Source: a bacterium
Lineage (GTDB): Bacteria > SAR324 > XYD2-FULL-50-16 > G965216635
NCBI GenBank assembly: GCA_965216635.1
Contig: OZ244188.1
Span: forward strand, 608,001 to 672,000
Length of the DNA stretch: 64,000 bases
Reading direction: 5' to 3'
Shown here: positions 38,801 to 49,302 of the stretch, piece after piece
Numbering within the stretch: the first letter of the stretch is position 1
Layout of the letters: every line of letters starts with the position of its first letter
Notes under the pieces: generated by a model
Database searches by the model: none
Seen by the model: the letters and a program-made list of their open reading frames with translations, nothing else
What the model was told of the DNA's origin: nothing
Position numbers and translations under genes: made by a program

Positions 38801-41152
38801 ACTGCAACGGATCTTACTAACACTGGAACTATTAGCGCTAATACTACTTTGAATACAACATTGAGTAGCACAGCAAGTAACAGTTTTTCTAATACTGGAG
38901 GAATAGCTAGTGCAGATACTTTCGAACTGTCTGTAGCTGGTAATTTTAATTATATTAGCGATTTTCTAAACAATGGAACTATTAATTCTAACAGCTTCAA
39001 TCTCAATGTTGGTGGTGATTTTAGAAACAACGATGCAAACAACGATTTTACTTGGGGTGCAAACGATAGTTTGGTTGTAGCTGGAACTGCTTCTGTTATT
39101 GCAAATAATTTTAATAATAGCGGAACTCTAAATGCTAATAGCTTTGATATTACTGCAACGGATATTACTAACACTGGAACTATTATCGCTAATACTACTT
39201 TGAATACAACATTGAGTAGCACAGCAAATAAAAGTTTTTCTAATACTGGAGGAATAGCTAGTGCAGATACTTTCAATCTTTCTGTAGCTGGTAATTTTAA
39301 TTATATTAGCGATTTTCTAAACAATGGAACTATTAATTCTAACAGTTTCAATCTCAATGTAGGCGGTGATTTTACTAACGAGGATGCAGCTGACGATTTT
39401 ACTTGGGGCGCAAACGATAGTTTGGTTGTATCTGGAACTGCTTATGTTATTGCAAATAGTTTTAATAATAGCGGAACTCTAAATGCTAATAGCTTTAATA
39501 TTACAGCAACGGATCTTACTAACACTGGAACTATTAGTGCTAATACTACTTTGAATACAACATTGAGTAGCACAGCAATTAAAATTTTTTCTAATACTGG
39601 AGGAATAGCTAGTGCAGATACTTTCAATCTTTCTGTAGCTGGTAATTTTAATTATATTAGCGATTTTCTAAACAATGGAACTATTGATTCTAACAGCTTC
39701 AATCTCAATGTTGGTGGTAATTTTAGCAACAACGATGCAACCAATGATTTCACTTGGGGCGCAAACGATAGTTTGGTTGTATCTGGAACTGCTTCTGTTA
39801 TTGCAGACAGTTTTAATAATAGCGGAACCCTAAATGCTAATAGCTTTGATATTACAGCAACGGATCTTACTAACACTGGAACTATTAGTGCTAATACTAC
39901 TTTGAATACAACATTGAGTAGCACAGCAAGTAACAGTTTTTCTAATACTGGCGGAGTAGCTAGTGCAGATACATTCAATCTTTCTGTAGGCGGTGATTTT
40001 GACTATGTTGCTGATAGAGGGACTATAAATACTAACAACTTCAATCTCAATGTTGGTGGTGATTTTAGCAACAACGATGCTGCCAATGATTTTACTTGGG
40101 GTGCAAACGATAGTTTAGTTGTGTCTGGGGATGCTGATATTGCCACAAGAAATTTTACTCAATCTGGTGTAGTAGATGTTGGAGGCACTTTTACTATTAA
40201 TGCAGATGGTCTTATTCGTAATGCTGGAACTATTACTACTAATGCTTTGACTATTGATACAGATAGCATTCATAATCCAGGAAATATTACCGCTAATACT
40301 TCTTTGAATATCACAGCAGATGGTCTTATTCGTAATGCTGGAACTATTACTACTAATGCTTTGACTATTGATACAGATAGCATTCATAATCCAGGAAATA
40401 TTACCGCTAATACTTCTTTGAATATCACAGCAATAAACGATGTTTTTTCAGGGGGAAGCATCACAACTTCTACTTTGAATATTGATGCTGGAAGGAACTT
40501 TGCCAACCACGGATCTATTACTGCTAATAACTCTTTTGAAATTACCTCTGGGAATACAGTTCAAAACCACGGATCTATTGTTTCTGATAGCTTAGATATA
40601 ATTGCAGCGGATTATTTTAGAAACTTAAGCGGCGGGGATATTAGTGTAGATACTTTAAATATCACAGCTGGAGGTAAGGTTACAAATATAGCTACTATTA
40701 CTGCTGGAACTTTGAATATTACAGCAAATAACGACTCCTCCAGAACAGGAGATACGACAGGCTTTTATGTTGCTAACCGAGGAGATATTCAGGCGACTAC
40801 TCTAAACATAACAGCAGCAGATAATTTTTATAATAGAGGAGATATTACTGCAAATACTTTCGCTGTCACTGCAAAAAATATTTTTTTCCTTAATACAGAA
40901 ATAGCTAGTTTTTATGCTTCTGGAGGCATTTATGATGGTGGGGATGTTTATCTTACAGGAACTTCTAGTTTTACAGCTACTGACAGACTGGATAACTACG
41001 GATTGATAGATCTCAATGATTCTAATTTAGATATTACAGCGGATATCTTTGTCAATCAAGAAGATGCTACCATTGATGCTACTACATTAAACCTCAATGT
41101 TAACTCCTTCAGTGATGAGGGCACTATTACTGCCACAACCAACAATCAATAG
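35831..41152 (+). CDS. Filamentous haemagglutinin-like TpsA exoprotein
   Basis: Signal peptide, TPS domain (GLSNN..SDFDV, ILNN, IIANPNGITCNGCGFINA), then about eight 114-117 aa repeats; no toxin C-terminus. Confidence 0.9.
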   Translation: MIMKKILSFLLLFVLSTHFILAQTETINIEKPNVEGLSNNQVSDFDVNADGTILNNSATGGLSELNGTNVFPNPNIKKDSEAKVILFQVTENNNSGLDGKIEVFGVTAGVIIANPNGITCNGCGFINASKVDLVTGTVNTEGGVQNFIINGTGRFVTGTNGFEGDAVLDELNIRSGDYTQSGAIDIYGDLNIQVSGEARLDEAASIESRNLSFSANSISNQADFTITDSAAFDIEKNFVNGDSENEGGDIIAGSFQVTGVRFSNYNATITADSFTVTAENDFYNDNSATINAGSFTATASELRNRGTINAGSFLVVTGVRFTNDSNATINADSFNVTAENYFYNENSATINADSFTATASSLTNKGTIAAYTLLDITLTSESPNSFTNNNGNGEVTSADTFNLSVGGNFDYKRDFLNNGTINTNSFNLNVGGNFSNGDANNDFTWGGNNSLNVSGNADITTRNFTQYGVVNVDGIFTINANSFVYDANNDFTWGENNKLNVTGTASVIANSFNNRGTLNANSFDITATDLTNTGTISANTTLNTTLSSTASNSFSNTGGVASANTFNLSVGGDFDYVADRGTITANNFSLNVGGNFSNNDAANNFTWGANDSLVVSGTASVFANSFNNRGTVNANSFDITATDLTNTGTISANTTLNTTLSSTANNSFSNTGGIASADTFNLSVGGDFDYISNFSGNGTINSNSFNLNVGGDFRNEDANDDFTWGANDSLVVAGAASVIADSFNNSGTLNANSFNITATDLTNTGTISANTTLNTTLSSTAIKSFSNTGGIASADTFNLSVAGDFNYIRDFLNNGTINSNSFNLNVGGDFRKNDEDNDFTWGENNSLNVTGTAYVIANSFNNSGTLNASSFNITATDLNNTGGTINADNILNTTLTSTADNSFSNTGGVVADTFNLSVAGDFNYISDFLNNGTINTNSFNLNVGGNFSNDDAANDFTWGENNSLNVTGTASVIANNFNNSGTLNANSFDITATDLTNTGTISANTTLNTTLSSTASNSFSNTGGIASADTFELSVAGNFNYISDFLNNGTINSNSFNLNVGGDFRNNDANNDFTWGANDSLVVAGTASVIANNFNNSGTLNANSFDITATDITNTGTIIANTTLNTTLSSTANKSFSNTGGIASADTFNLSVAGNFNYISDFLNNGTINSNSFNLNVGGDFTNEDAADDFTWGANDSLVVSGTAYVIANSFNNSGTLNANSFNITATDLTNTGTISANTTLNTTLSSTAIKIFSNTGGIASADTFNLSVAGNFNYISDFLNNGTIDSNSFNLNVGGNFSNNDATNDFTWGANDSLVVSGTASVIADSFNNSGTLNANSFDITATDLTNTGTISANTTLNTTLSSTASNSFSNTGGVASADTFNLSVGGDFDYVADRGTINTNNFNLNVGGDFSNNDAANDFTWGANDSLVVSGDADIATRNFTQSGVVDVGGTFTINADGLIRNAGTITTNALTIDTDSIHNPGNITANTSLNITADGLIRNAGTITTNALTIDTDSIHNPGNITANTSLNITAINDVFSGGSITTSTLNIDAGRNFANHGSITANNSFEITSGNTVQNHGSIVSDSLDIIAADYFRNLSGGDISVDTLNITAGGKVTNIATITAGTLNITANNDSSRTGDTTGFYVANRGDIQATTLNITAADNFYNRGDITANTFAVTAKNIFFLNTEIASFYASGGIYDGGDVYLTGTSSFTATDRLDNYGLIDLNDSNLDITADIFVNQEDATIDATTLNLNVNSFSDEGTITATTNNQ

Positions 41153-41246
41153 AGGTTAGTTCGGTATCCTTAAAATCAAGGAAAAGACTTATACCAATTA
41201 CTTATCAGATCTCCACAAGTTCAGGGAAAGTGCTTTCTAGTATTTT

Positions 41247-41600
41247 GAGACCTTTGCTATTAGTGAAATTAGGCATTCTAGTTCGGTAAAACAGGCTTAT
41301 GCTTATTTTTGGTTGGGTATAAAAAGAGTACTCTTTTACAGTACTTTTTTGCTGTAGGCAAGGTTTGTGGTGTTTTTCCAAACGCCATTGTTCTAGCTTT
41401 TTATTCCTCAAAATATTTATCTTACTTGGGTAAGATAAAGTAAGGGATATAGAAGAAGTTCTCGTAGAGCTTTTGCGCTTCACTTTTGCTAGGTATTAGA
41501 TTTTGTAGTGTTTTTCATTACGATATTCCTCGCTGTAAAAAACTTGATAGCCTTGTCTAGTTTTCCTATAATGCCTAATTTCATTAATGGCAAAGATCTC
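41247..41600. mobile_element. MITE-like element, variant with a 31-bp TIR
   Basis: GAGACCTTTGCTATTAGTGAAATTAGGCATT / AATGCCTAATTTCATTAATGGCAAAGATCTC; flanks ATTTT/ACTTT. Confidence 0.78.
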
Positions 41601-41726
41601 ACTTTTTCTGCTAAACAAAATAAATAAAAATTCAGTACAAAGCAAAAACGAAGTACAAATTGTGATTTTTAAAGAAAAAAAAATTTTACCTCTCTGCCCT
41701 AACGCTAATTCAAAGATCTCAATTTG

Positions 41727-43463
41727 TTAAAACCCAAAACCATAGGAAAAAGAAGCAGACATACGCCAAACAACGGGTACTTTTATTTTGAAAGGTTTTG
41801 TGGATTCATCCGGTACTTCATAGGAATAAGACAGATTAAGTCCTTTATAGGAAAAATTTAAAGCTGTTCCTCCACCAGACAGGCAGCGATAATTTTTAGC
41901 TCCAAAACTAGATTCTACACATCCGTAATCATAATACAGAGAAAAATTAAAAGCATTTGCAAAAGATCCTAAAGAAGAAATTCCTTGCAAAGGGCGAATA
42001 GAAATCGTGTGCTGTTGAAACCATCCTATATCGTCGGTAAAACCATTGGAACTATAGCCCCTTACATTGCTACCAGCACCTATTGTGATTTGTGCGATAG
42101 CTTCCCTGTCCGCTACCTGTGCTTGTAGTCTTGTGGTATAATTGACGGTAGATTTTTTTAAAAAATTTATACTGTAGGAAACGCTGCCAGCCCAAAGAGC
42201 GTATTGTAAATGTGTATCTTGTGACCTAATGTCTGGTGGGTCTTCTTTTGCATTGAACCAAGACAGTCCTTCTCTATAGGATAGAAATGGAGATAAAATT
42301 CCCCCTCCTACAACAAACGAACCCGATAAACTAATATTAGCTGTTGTTTGTTTTTTAGAAGAAATCCCTACAAATGTGTCATTGATAAAAACTCTATTTT
42401 CTGCAGTGGTTAGACTGGTGCTTAAAGCTATTTCTTTACTTCTCTTTTTTAAAAGAATTTTTCTCAAAGTCAAACTTTGACTGTTGGAATCTCCTTTTTG
42501 AATAAATAGCGGTTGAGGTAGAGAATAAGCACTCCCAAAATAAGAACCAGAAATGGTATAATATCCTATAGGTAAAGAAAAGTTTGTAAAATAGGCTCGG
42601 TTGTATGTGTTTTCTTCTTCATTGTCTTTTTCAGCTCTGGTGTAAGAAAGAGCTATACGCTCGTTGAGACCAAAAATATCTTCAACAGTAAGACTGGGAT
42701 TATAGCTGTATTTTCCGTAAAAATTATTGTTTCCTAAATAAGTTGTTGCTAACTTCAGATAAGTGTGTTTTTCTTTTTTTAGTGGAATATTTATATCACT
42801 AAAGCCTTTTTCTTTAGTAGGAATAGCCCGTATTTCAGCTTGAGAAAAGCGAAGTCTATTGATTTGCTTAAGTCCTTGTTCTAGATCGTAAATATTAAAA
42901 ACATCTCCTTCCAAAAAAGAAAAAGCTGTTTTTTTACGAAGTTGATTTTTGATTCCTTCACCATTACCGACTTGGATTTTTCTAATTTTACCCTCTACTA
43001 TTTTAATAATAAGTTCCCTTGTTAAAAGATTAGATTTTTTATCTATAAAAACACGGGTTAAACTATATCCTCTATTATGATAAAAACGAGTTATTTCAGT
43101 GATGAGTGTGTCTATATTTCTGGTATTCAAACAATGGAAAAGGTATTTTACAAAAATTTTTTCTAATTTTTTTTTGCTAAAAATAGTATTTCCTTCAAAT
43201 TGAATAGAAAAAAATTTAAAACACTGGTTTGTTGTTTGAAGAACAGTTATATCCGATGTAGTTTCAAAAAATTGCATTAATGCATCTATGGAACTATCTG
43301 GAGTTATAGGTGAGGGCTTTTTCTCTACAAATAAAAATTTTTTGTGCAGTCCTCGGGGAGTTGTGATTTTTTCTGCTTCCCTATCTTGTGCTTTTATAGG
43401 TGATGCAAATAGTAGGAAAATTAAGATACTTCCAATAATCCAGCTAGGTTTTATTGGAAACAT
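41727..43463 (-). CDS. TpsB transporter (ShlB/FhaC/HecB family)
   Basis: POTRA (I.FEGNT, C.....I..L...IT.FY..RGY..TRV), DLEQGL.QINRL, VRGY motif, terminal F. Confidence 0.9.
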   Translation of the reverse strand: MFPIKPSWIIGSILIFLLFASPIKAQDREAEKITTPRGLHKKFLFVEKKPSPITPDSSIDALMQFFETTSDITVLQTTNQCFKFFSIQFEGNTIFSKKKLEKIFVKYLFHCLNTRNIDTLITEITRFYHNRGYSLTRVFIDKKSNLLTRELIIKIVEGKIRKIQVGNGEGIKNQLRKKTAFSFLEGDVFNIYDLEQGLKQINRLRFSQAEIRAIPTKEKGFSDINIPLKKEKHTYLKLATTYLGNNNFYGKYSYNPSLTVEDIFGLNERIALSYTRAEKDNEEENTYNRAYFTNFSLPIGYYTISGSYFGSAYSLPQPLFIQKGDSNSQSLTLRKILLKKRSKEIALSTSLTTAENRVFINDTFVGISSKKQTTANISLSGSFVVGGGILSPFLSYREGLSWFNAKEDPPDIRSQDTHLQYALWAGSVSYSINFLKKSTVNYTTRLQAQVADREAIAQITIGAGSNVRGYSSNGFTDDIGWFQQHTISIRPLQGISSLGSFANAFNFSLYYDYGCVESSFGAKNYRCLSGGGTALNFSYKGLNLSYSYEVPDESTKPFKIKVPVVWRMSASFSYGFGF

Positions 43464-43489
43464 TATAGGTATTGAAAATAATTTAGATA

Positions 43490-44350
43490 TTATTTTAGTT
43501 TTATTGTAGGATTTTTATGTATTTTTCGTGCAGTCTTTTGAGCTTCTAAAATTTCGCTAATATTTAACTGCTTTCCTATTTCAACAAGTTGTTGTTTAGC
43601 TTGATTAGAACCCAAAGAAGAAGCTATGTTATAATAGACGTGGGCGTAGATAAGATTTTTTTTAACTACTTTTCCTTCCTTGTAATATTCAGCCAATTTT
43701 AGAACAGCTGGAAGAAAACTTTTTGTAGACGATTTATGATACCAGTCGTAAGCTTTTTTATCACTTTTAGAGACATAAGTTCCTTCTTCATAAAACTTTC
43801 CTACTTGGTAGCTAGCTAAAGCATTACCTTTTTCACCTGCTTTTTCATAATTTTGGAAAGCTTTTTTTAAGTTTTTTTTTACTATAGTTCCATTAGTATA
43901 TAGTCCCCCTAAAAATAAATTAGCAAGTTCATCAGTTTTTGCGGATTCCTCAAGGAGTTGTATTGCTTTGTTAAAATCTTGCAATACAAATTCACCATTT
44001 AAATAATAGATGGCATATTGAGTTTGTGCAGGAATATATTTTTTTTCAAATGCTCTCTTGTAATACTCAAACCCTATTTTTCTTTGTGGTTTTATACCAC
44101 CCAGACCTTCACTATAGATTCTACCTAGATAATAAAAGGCTTCAGGTTCTTCTGTTTCTTTAACAATTTGTAAAAAAAGATTGGCTGATTCTTTGATTTT
44201 ATTTTGTTTAAATAATTCTATTGCTCTATTTAGAGAATTTTCTTGAGCACTTAATAAAGGCATTAAAAAAAAAGCTAATAAGACAAGCCAATATTTAGTA
44301 AAAATGTGATTTCTAGACATATTGTTTTTTATGTAAAAAATTATTATCAA
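43490..44350 (-). CDS. Secreted Sel1-like repeat protein
   Basis: Signal peptide plus repeated A...LG..Y..G..V.K....A..WY..A units. Confidence 0.88.
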   Translation of the reverse strand: MIIIFYIKNNMSRNHIFTKYWLVLLAFFLMPLLSAQENSLNRAIELFKQNKIKESANLFLQIVKETEEPEAFYYLGRIYSEGLGGIKPQRKIGFEYYKRAFEKKYIPAQTQYAIYYLNGEFVLQDFNKAIQLLEESAKTDELANLFLGGLYTNGTIVKKNLKKAFQNYEKAGEKGNALASYQVGKFYEEGTYVSKSDKKAYDWYHKSSTKSFLPAVLKLAEYYKEGKVVKKNLIYAHVYYNIASSLGSNQAKQQLVEIGKQLNISEILEAQKTARKIHKNPTIKLK

Positions 44351-44440
44351 ACCGAGACAAAAATATTAATACTCCAAAAAAGTATATTATGCAACTAATA
44401 TTTATTAAATGTCTAAAAAATATTAAAATTAAGATAAATA

Positions 44441-44687
44441 AAGATCCACCGGCTCTTTTACATTTCTTTTTTGCCTTATTTAGACCACATAACGCAAATT
44501 TTGTAGTGCCTGGTCCCATTATTGTGGCACTACGATATTTCAGAGTTAATTTTTTTTTTTAAACTATTGCCATTTGTGAAGAAATGCTCTTCAGTATTCC
44601 AGCGAGCTAAAAAAATTTTTCGCACCTGTTCTAATCATTTGGCTAGCCCCAATAATGGAATAAGCATCAGCGAAATTCAAAGCTCTA
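44441..44687. mobile_element. Partial mosaic MITE-like element
   Basis: Shared modules (AAAGATCCACCGGCTCTTT, GTAGTGCC..GGCACTAC, CCATTTGTGAAGAAATGCTCTTCA); ends GAAATTCAAAGCTCTA; left end not resolved. Confidence 0.6.
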
Positions 44688-44797
44688 CAATAGATTTAAA
44701 GACTGGAATAAAATCAAACAATGACCCAAACAACAACACAAACTAACAAACACAAAGAAAAATTATCTTTGATACAACTGAGGAATTTTAGAGAGAG

Positions 44798-45874
44798 TTA
44801 GTTTTTTTGCATAGATTCTATTTTTATAGCTTGTTCGTAGGCAAGTAAGGCAGTGACAAAATCGCTAATATCTCCGTTATTCATAATTTCTTCTAGTGTA
44901 TTTTTTGTCATTTTTATGCGGTGGTCGGTAATTCTACTTTGAGGATAATTGTAGGTTCTAATTTTTTCTGATCTATCTCCACTGCCTACCATTTCTTTTC
45001 TTAAGGAGGATTGTTTTTTATCGGATTCTTCTAGTGTTTTTTCATAGAGTTTTGAGCTAAGGTATTTCATAGCTTTTGCTCTATTTTTGATTTGTGATCT
45101 TTCGTCTTGACAGCTTACTACTATACCTGTGGGTAAGTGCGTGATTCTTACTGCTGAATCTGTGGTATTAACATGTTGTCCACCAGCTCCTTGGGAGCGG
45201 TAAGTATCTATTTTTAAGTCTACTTGTTGAATCTCTATATCTACTTTATCTGGTTCTGCTAAAACTGCCACTGTGACAGCTGAGGTATGAATTCTGCCTT
45301 GACTTTCTGTGCGAGGAATCCTCTGAACTCTGTGGGTGCCTGCTTCAAATTTTAAAAGGCTGTAGACATTTTCTCCTTTGACATTTAAAGCTATAGACTT
45401 ATAACCGCCGATGGTAACGAAATTGGCTTCTAAAATTTCTACTTGCCATCCTTTTAGTTCTGCAAATTTACTGTAGAGTTTTAGTAGATCTGCTACAAAA
45501 AGTCCCGCTTCATCTCCACCTGTGCCTGCACGAATTTCTAAAATTACATTTTTTTCGTCTCTAGGATCTCTAGGTATTAATAAAATTTTTGCATGTTCTT
45601 TAAGTTTTTCTTGGTTTTGCAGTAGTATTTCTTTTTCTTGTAAGGCGAGTTGTTTTAATTCTTCGTCTTTACTTTCTTGGATGATTTTTTCACAGTCTTG
45701 CAAATCCAAAGTTATTTTTTGGATTTTTGTATAAAGCTCAAAAGCGGGGAAAAAACTAGCTTGTTCTTTGGAGAGTTTTTGAATTTTAGTAGAATCTTGA
45801 AATAAATTTTCGTCTTTCAATAATTCACTTAATTCTTCGTAACGGGTAGCAATTTTTTTTAATTGCTGAATCAT
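44798..45874 (-). CDS. prfA: Peptide chain release factor 1
   Basis: EIRAGTGGDEA, HRVQRIPRTE (PxT motif), GAGGQHVNTTDSAVR. Confidence 0.97.
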   Translation of the reverse strand: MIQQLKKIATRYEELSELLKDENLFQDSTKIQKLSKEQASFFPAFELYTKIQKITLDLQDCEKIIQESKDEELKQLALQEKEILLQNQEKLKEHAKILLIPRDPRDEKNVILEIRAGTGGDEAGLFVADLLKLYSKFAELKGWQVEILEANFVTIGGYKSIALNVKGENVYSLLKFEAGTHRVQRIPRTESQGRIHTSAVTVAVLAEPDKVDIEIQQVDLKIDTYRSQGAGGQHVNTTDSAVRITHLPTGIVVSCQDERSQIKNRAKAMKYLSSKLYEKTLEESDKKQSSLRKEMVGSGDRSEKIRTYNYPQSRITDHRIKMTKNTLEEIMNNGDISDFVTALLAYEQAIKIESMQKN

Positions 45875-45885
45875 AAAAATTTATT

Positions 45886-46396
45886 AAGACTGTTGAATTA
45901 GGCATATAGAAAAGCTAGACAAGGCTATCAAGTTTTTTATTTTTGTAGTAAGCAAATCGGTTCAGTAGCACTACAAAATTTTATAGATTTTTGAATTTGC
46001 ATTCTGTTTAGCCAAAGCAAGCTTATTGCTTTCACCCTATACAGGCTTTAGCAAAAGAGCCAGTGGTTTTACCAGCGGCTCTTTTGCACTCCTTTTTTAG
46101 AGTATGCAAGGTTTGTAGTGTCTGGTCTCATTATTGTGGCACTACGGCATTGAAAATTTTTTTTTAACTCTTGCCATTTGTGAAGAAATGCTCTTCAGTA
46201 TTCCTACGAGCTAAAAATTTTTTTCGCACCTGTTCTAACCATTTGGTTAGCCGTCACAGCTGGTTTTGTCCTATTTGGCAAATTCAAAGGTCTATTTTAT
46301 AGCCTGTATAAAATTCTATACAATAAGACAAGTATCTTGAGGAATAAAAAACTTGGAAGACTGCAGTATAGCCGAACTAGGCGGTATTGCAGTCTC
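45886..46396. mobile_element. Outer element with a second element nested at 45984..46294
   Basis: Outer AAGACTGTTGAATTAG...GCAGTCTC; inner TAGATTTTTGAATTTGC...GCAAATTCAAAGGTCTA with exact TTTTA duplication. Confidence 0.78.
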
Positions 46397-46404
46397 ACTA
46401 ATTT

Positions 46405-46614
46405 TTACTGTGTTTTTTTTTGATAACGGCGATTAAACTGTTCTATACGACCTTCAGTATCTACTACTTTTTGGTTACCTACGTAAAAAGGGTGACAAGC
46501 AGAGCAAATTTCTACTTTAATCTCGCCTCCCATAACAGAATTTGTTTCAACAGTATGACCGCAGCTACAAATATACTTTGTGGCTCTGAATTTGGGGTGT
46601 ATATTGGATTTCAT
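46405..46614 (-). CDS. rpmE: 50S ribosomal protein L31, zinc-binding type (start MKSNIHP at 46614)
   Basis: IHPK, CSCG, EICSACHPFY.G.QK.VDTEGRIEQF. Confidence 0.97.
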   Translation of the reverse strand: MKSNIHPKFRATKYICSCGHTVETNSVMGGEIKVEICSACHPFYVGNQKVVDTEGRIEQFNRRYQKKTQ

Positions 46615-46625
46615 TTTTAATTTAA

Positions 46626-47080
46626 GTAGTGTTGAATTAGCGTTCTGTTTAGCCAAAACAATCGTTAAAAAAAAATTTAACTTTCTCAGAATTACTGGGC
46701 ATTTATGAATAAAGGCTCTCTTACTGCTATCTATTTCATAAGGGTTACTGCAAAAGATCCACTGGCTCTTTTGCAGTCCATATCAGTATTAGCGTTAAGT
46801 TTTGTAGTGCCCTGGTCCCATTATTGTGGCACTACGATATTCCTATAGACTTTTGAATTTGCTTATCTAGTTTAGCCAAAGCAATCGTTAAAAAAAAATT
46901 TTTAACTCTTGCCATTTGTGAAGAAATGCTCTTCAGTATTCCAGCAAGCTGAAAAATTTTTTCTCACCTGCTCTAACCATTTGGCTAGCCGTCACAGCTG
47001 GTTTTGTCCTATTTGGCAAATTCAAAGGTCTATCCTATAAATTTTTTTTGTCTTTCCTAATGCCTGATTAAAAAGGTTTA
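46626..47080. mobile_element. Degenerate outer element with a nested copy at 46846..47032
   Basis: Inner TAGACTTTTGAATTTGC...GCAAATTCAAAGGTCTA with exact TCCTA duplication; outer ends degenerate. Confidence 0.75.
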
Positions 47081-47099
47081 TTCAAGGTTTGTCAGTTCC

Positions 47100-48389
47100 C
47101 TAACGATTCACATTTTTTAATAATTCTTTATTTGTTGAATAGGTTTTGAATTGGTTCAATAACATTTCCATGCTTTCTATAGAATTCATTGAAGATAAAA
47201 TTTTTCTCATTTTCCATATTTCTGCTAGATCATTTTTGTCAATTAATAGTTCTTCTTTTCGGGTAGCAGATTTATCAAGTTCTATCGCTGGAAATATTCT
47301 TTTTTCCACTAATTTTCTATCTAAAACTAGTTCTTGGTTACCTGTGCCTTTGAATTCTTCAAAAATCACCTCGTCCATACGGCTGCCTGTCTCAATCAAA
47401 GCAGTAGCTATAATGGTTAAGGAACCTCCGTTTTCAATATTACGAGCTGCTCCAAAAAATCTTTTAGGTCTATGTAAGGCATTGGTATCTACACCTCCTG
47501 AGAGAACTTTACCACTTGGAGGAATTACTGCATTATAAGCCCGAGCTAGACGGGTTATAGAATCTAGTAAAATAACTACATCGTGTTTATGTTCTATGAG
47601 TCTTTTTGCTTTTTCAATTACCATCTCAGCTACTTGGACATGTCTTGTTGCAGGTTCATCAAATGTAGAACTAATGACTTCTCCTTTAACAGAACGCTCC
47701 ATATCAGTTACTTCTTCTGGTCTTTCGTCAATTAACAACACAATTAGAATTATGTCTGGGTAATTAAGTGAAATACTTTGCGCTATTCTCTGCAGAATAG
47801 TTGTTTTGCCTGTTCTAGGAGGTGCTACAATTAACCCTCGTTGTCCTTTACCTATGGGACAAAAAAAATCCATTACACGTGCAATATTAGAACAATCTTT
47901 ATACTCTAATTTAAGCTGATTATCAGGATAAAGAGGAATTTGATTCTCAAATAAGGTGCGTTTGCGTGCATCTTCTGGGTTATCGTAGTTGATCTTTTCT
48001 ATTCTAATCAAGGCATAGTATCTTTCTCCTTCTTTAGGAGGTCGGACTTGTCCTTCCACAGTATCTCCTTTCTTTAAGTTAAACTTACGAATTTGTGAAG
48101 GAGAAACATAAATGTCGTCTGGTCCAGGCATATAGTTAAAATGAGGAGACCTTAAAAAACCAAAATTATCAGGGAGAATTTCTAAAACTCCTGCACAGTG
48201 GATGACTCCACCATTACTTACTTGGCTCTGCAGAATCTCAAAAATGAGGTCCTGCTGTAGATAATTATTAGGATCTTGAATTTTGTATTTATCAGCGACT
48301 TTTTCTAATTCTTCTCTACTTAAATTTTTAAGAGCGAATAGGTCAATGATTTCATCGTGGGGGGGTTGAGTAATCAAATTTTTTATCAT
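47100..48389 (-). CDS. rho: Transcription termination factor Rho
   Basis: [51 protein letters not shown]. Confidence 0.98.
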   Translation of the reverse strand: MIKNLITQPPHDEIIDLFALKNLSREELEKVADKYKIQDPNNYLQQDLIFEILQSQVSNGGVIHCAGVLEILPDNFGFLRSPHFNYMPGPDDIYVSPSQIRKFNLKKGDTVEGQVRPPKEGERYYALIRIEKINYDNPEDARKRTLFENQIPLYPDNQLKLEYKDCSNIARVMDFFCPIGKGQRGLIVAPPRTGKTTILQRIAQSISLNYPDIILIVLLIDERPEEVTDMERSVKGEVISSTFDEPATRHVQVAEMVIEKAKRLIEHKHDVVILLDSITRLARAYNAVIPPSGKVLSGGVDTNALHRPKRFFGAARNIENGGSLTIIATALIETGSRMDEVIFEEFKGTGNQELVLDRKLVEKRIFPAIELDKSATRKEELLIDKNDLAEIWKMRKILSSMNSIESMEMLLNQFKTYSTNKELLKNVNR

Positions 48390-48468
48390 AATAGATTAAT
48401 GGTTATTGGAAGCAGAAAACTGCTTTTTTATTTTAAAACTATTGTGGCATTTAAAGTTCACAACAGCT

Positions 48469-49302
48469 TTATTTTTTTTTCTTAATTTTACTGATTGAAT
48501 GAAAAACATTAAGTAATTCTTGCAGAGACTCACTTTGGAAAGAATGCTCATCAACTGAAAAATCATTTTCACCCGAAATTTTCTTGATTGGCTCTGTTTC
48601 TTGCGAGGTAGACCCAGATAAACTATATCTTTTTTGCAATCCAGATTTCGTTTTTGCCAGTTTATTCTTTAACGGTAGATTAGAATGATCTTTGGGAATT
48701 GTTAGGAATTTAAGTAATGCATTACACTTGTAGCAGTTTTTTTTGAAACTGTCAATGATTTTTTGATAGAAATATTTTTTTTGTGAAATATTTTTTTCTT
48801 TAGAGTACAATGATCCAATGCAGAAACGAGCGATATTGCCTAAAAACACTAACAAAAATGGAGAAATACGGTAACGCGATAAAATCAAAAAAAGCGAAAA
48901 AATATTTAAAATTACTATAAAAACCTTCCAATAGGTAGTAAAAAAGAGCTCTTTTGATACCAAAGCAAAGCTCCCAAAATACTTATAAACTACATTTATT
49001 TCAGTCTCCCATAGAATGCCTATTAACATAGAAATACCCAAAGGTACTGAGAAATAAAAAATCCAACGAACCCAAAATTGAGTATTATGATACAAAAAAA
49101 GCATAGCTGTTGGTAACCAAAAAATACTAATTCCATAAAGAGAGATAAGTAGGTTGGGGATAAAAAAAAGAATTATAAAGAATAAATTTTTTTCTGATAC
49201 AAAAATGTTTGGTAAAATATTAAAAAAATAAGCACAAAAGAAGCTAAAATATAGTAAAAAAGCTAATAAAAAACGAAAATAAGAAAATTTATAAGTAGAC
49301 AT
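48469..49302 (-). CDS. Hypothetical multi-pass membrane protein
   Basis: Four to five hydrophobic segments, then a charged tail; no family recognised. Confidence 0.5.
   Translation of the reverse strand: MSTYKFSYFRFLLAFLLYFSFFCAYFFNILPNIFVSEKNLFFIILFFIPNLLISLYGISIFWLPTAMLFLYHNTQFWVRWIFYFSVPLGISMLIGILWETEINVVYKYFGSFALVSKELFFTTYWKVFIVILNIFSLFLILSRYRISPFLLVFLGNIARFCIGSLYSKEKNISQKKYFYQKIIDSFKKNCYKCNALLKFLTIPKDHSNLPLKNKLAKTKSGLQKRYSLSGSTSQETEPIKKISGENDFSVDEHSFQSESLQELLNVFHSISKIKKKK

Noticed and set aside
37282..40387. Repeated minus-strand ORFs (MNVSALAIPPVLEK...)
   Set aside because: Antisense shadows of the TpsA repeats.
35831..41152. CdiA contact-dependent inhibition toxin
   Set aside because: No VENN/pre-toxin motif, no toxin-like C-terminus and no downstream immunity ORF.
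41205..41483. ORF-track proteins in intergenic regions (also 12644, 19043, 44522, 55819, 56103)
   Set aside because: They lie in MITE or tandem-repeat DNA and have no protein motifs; none resembles a transposase.
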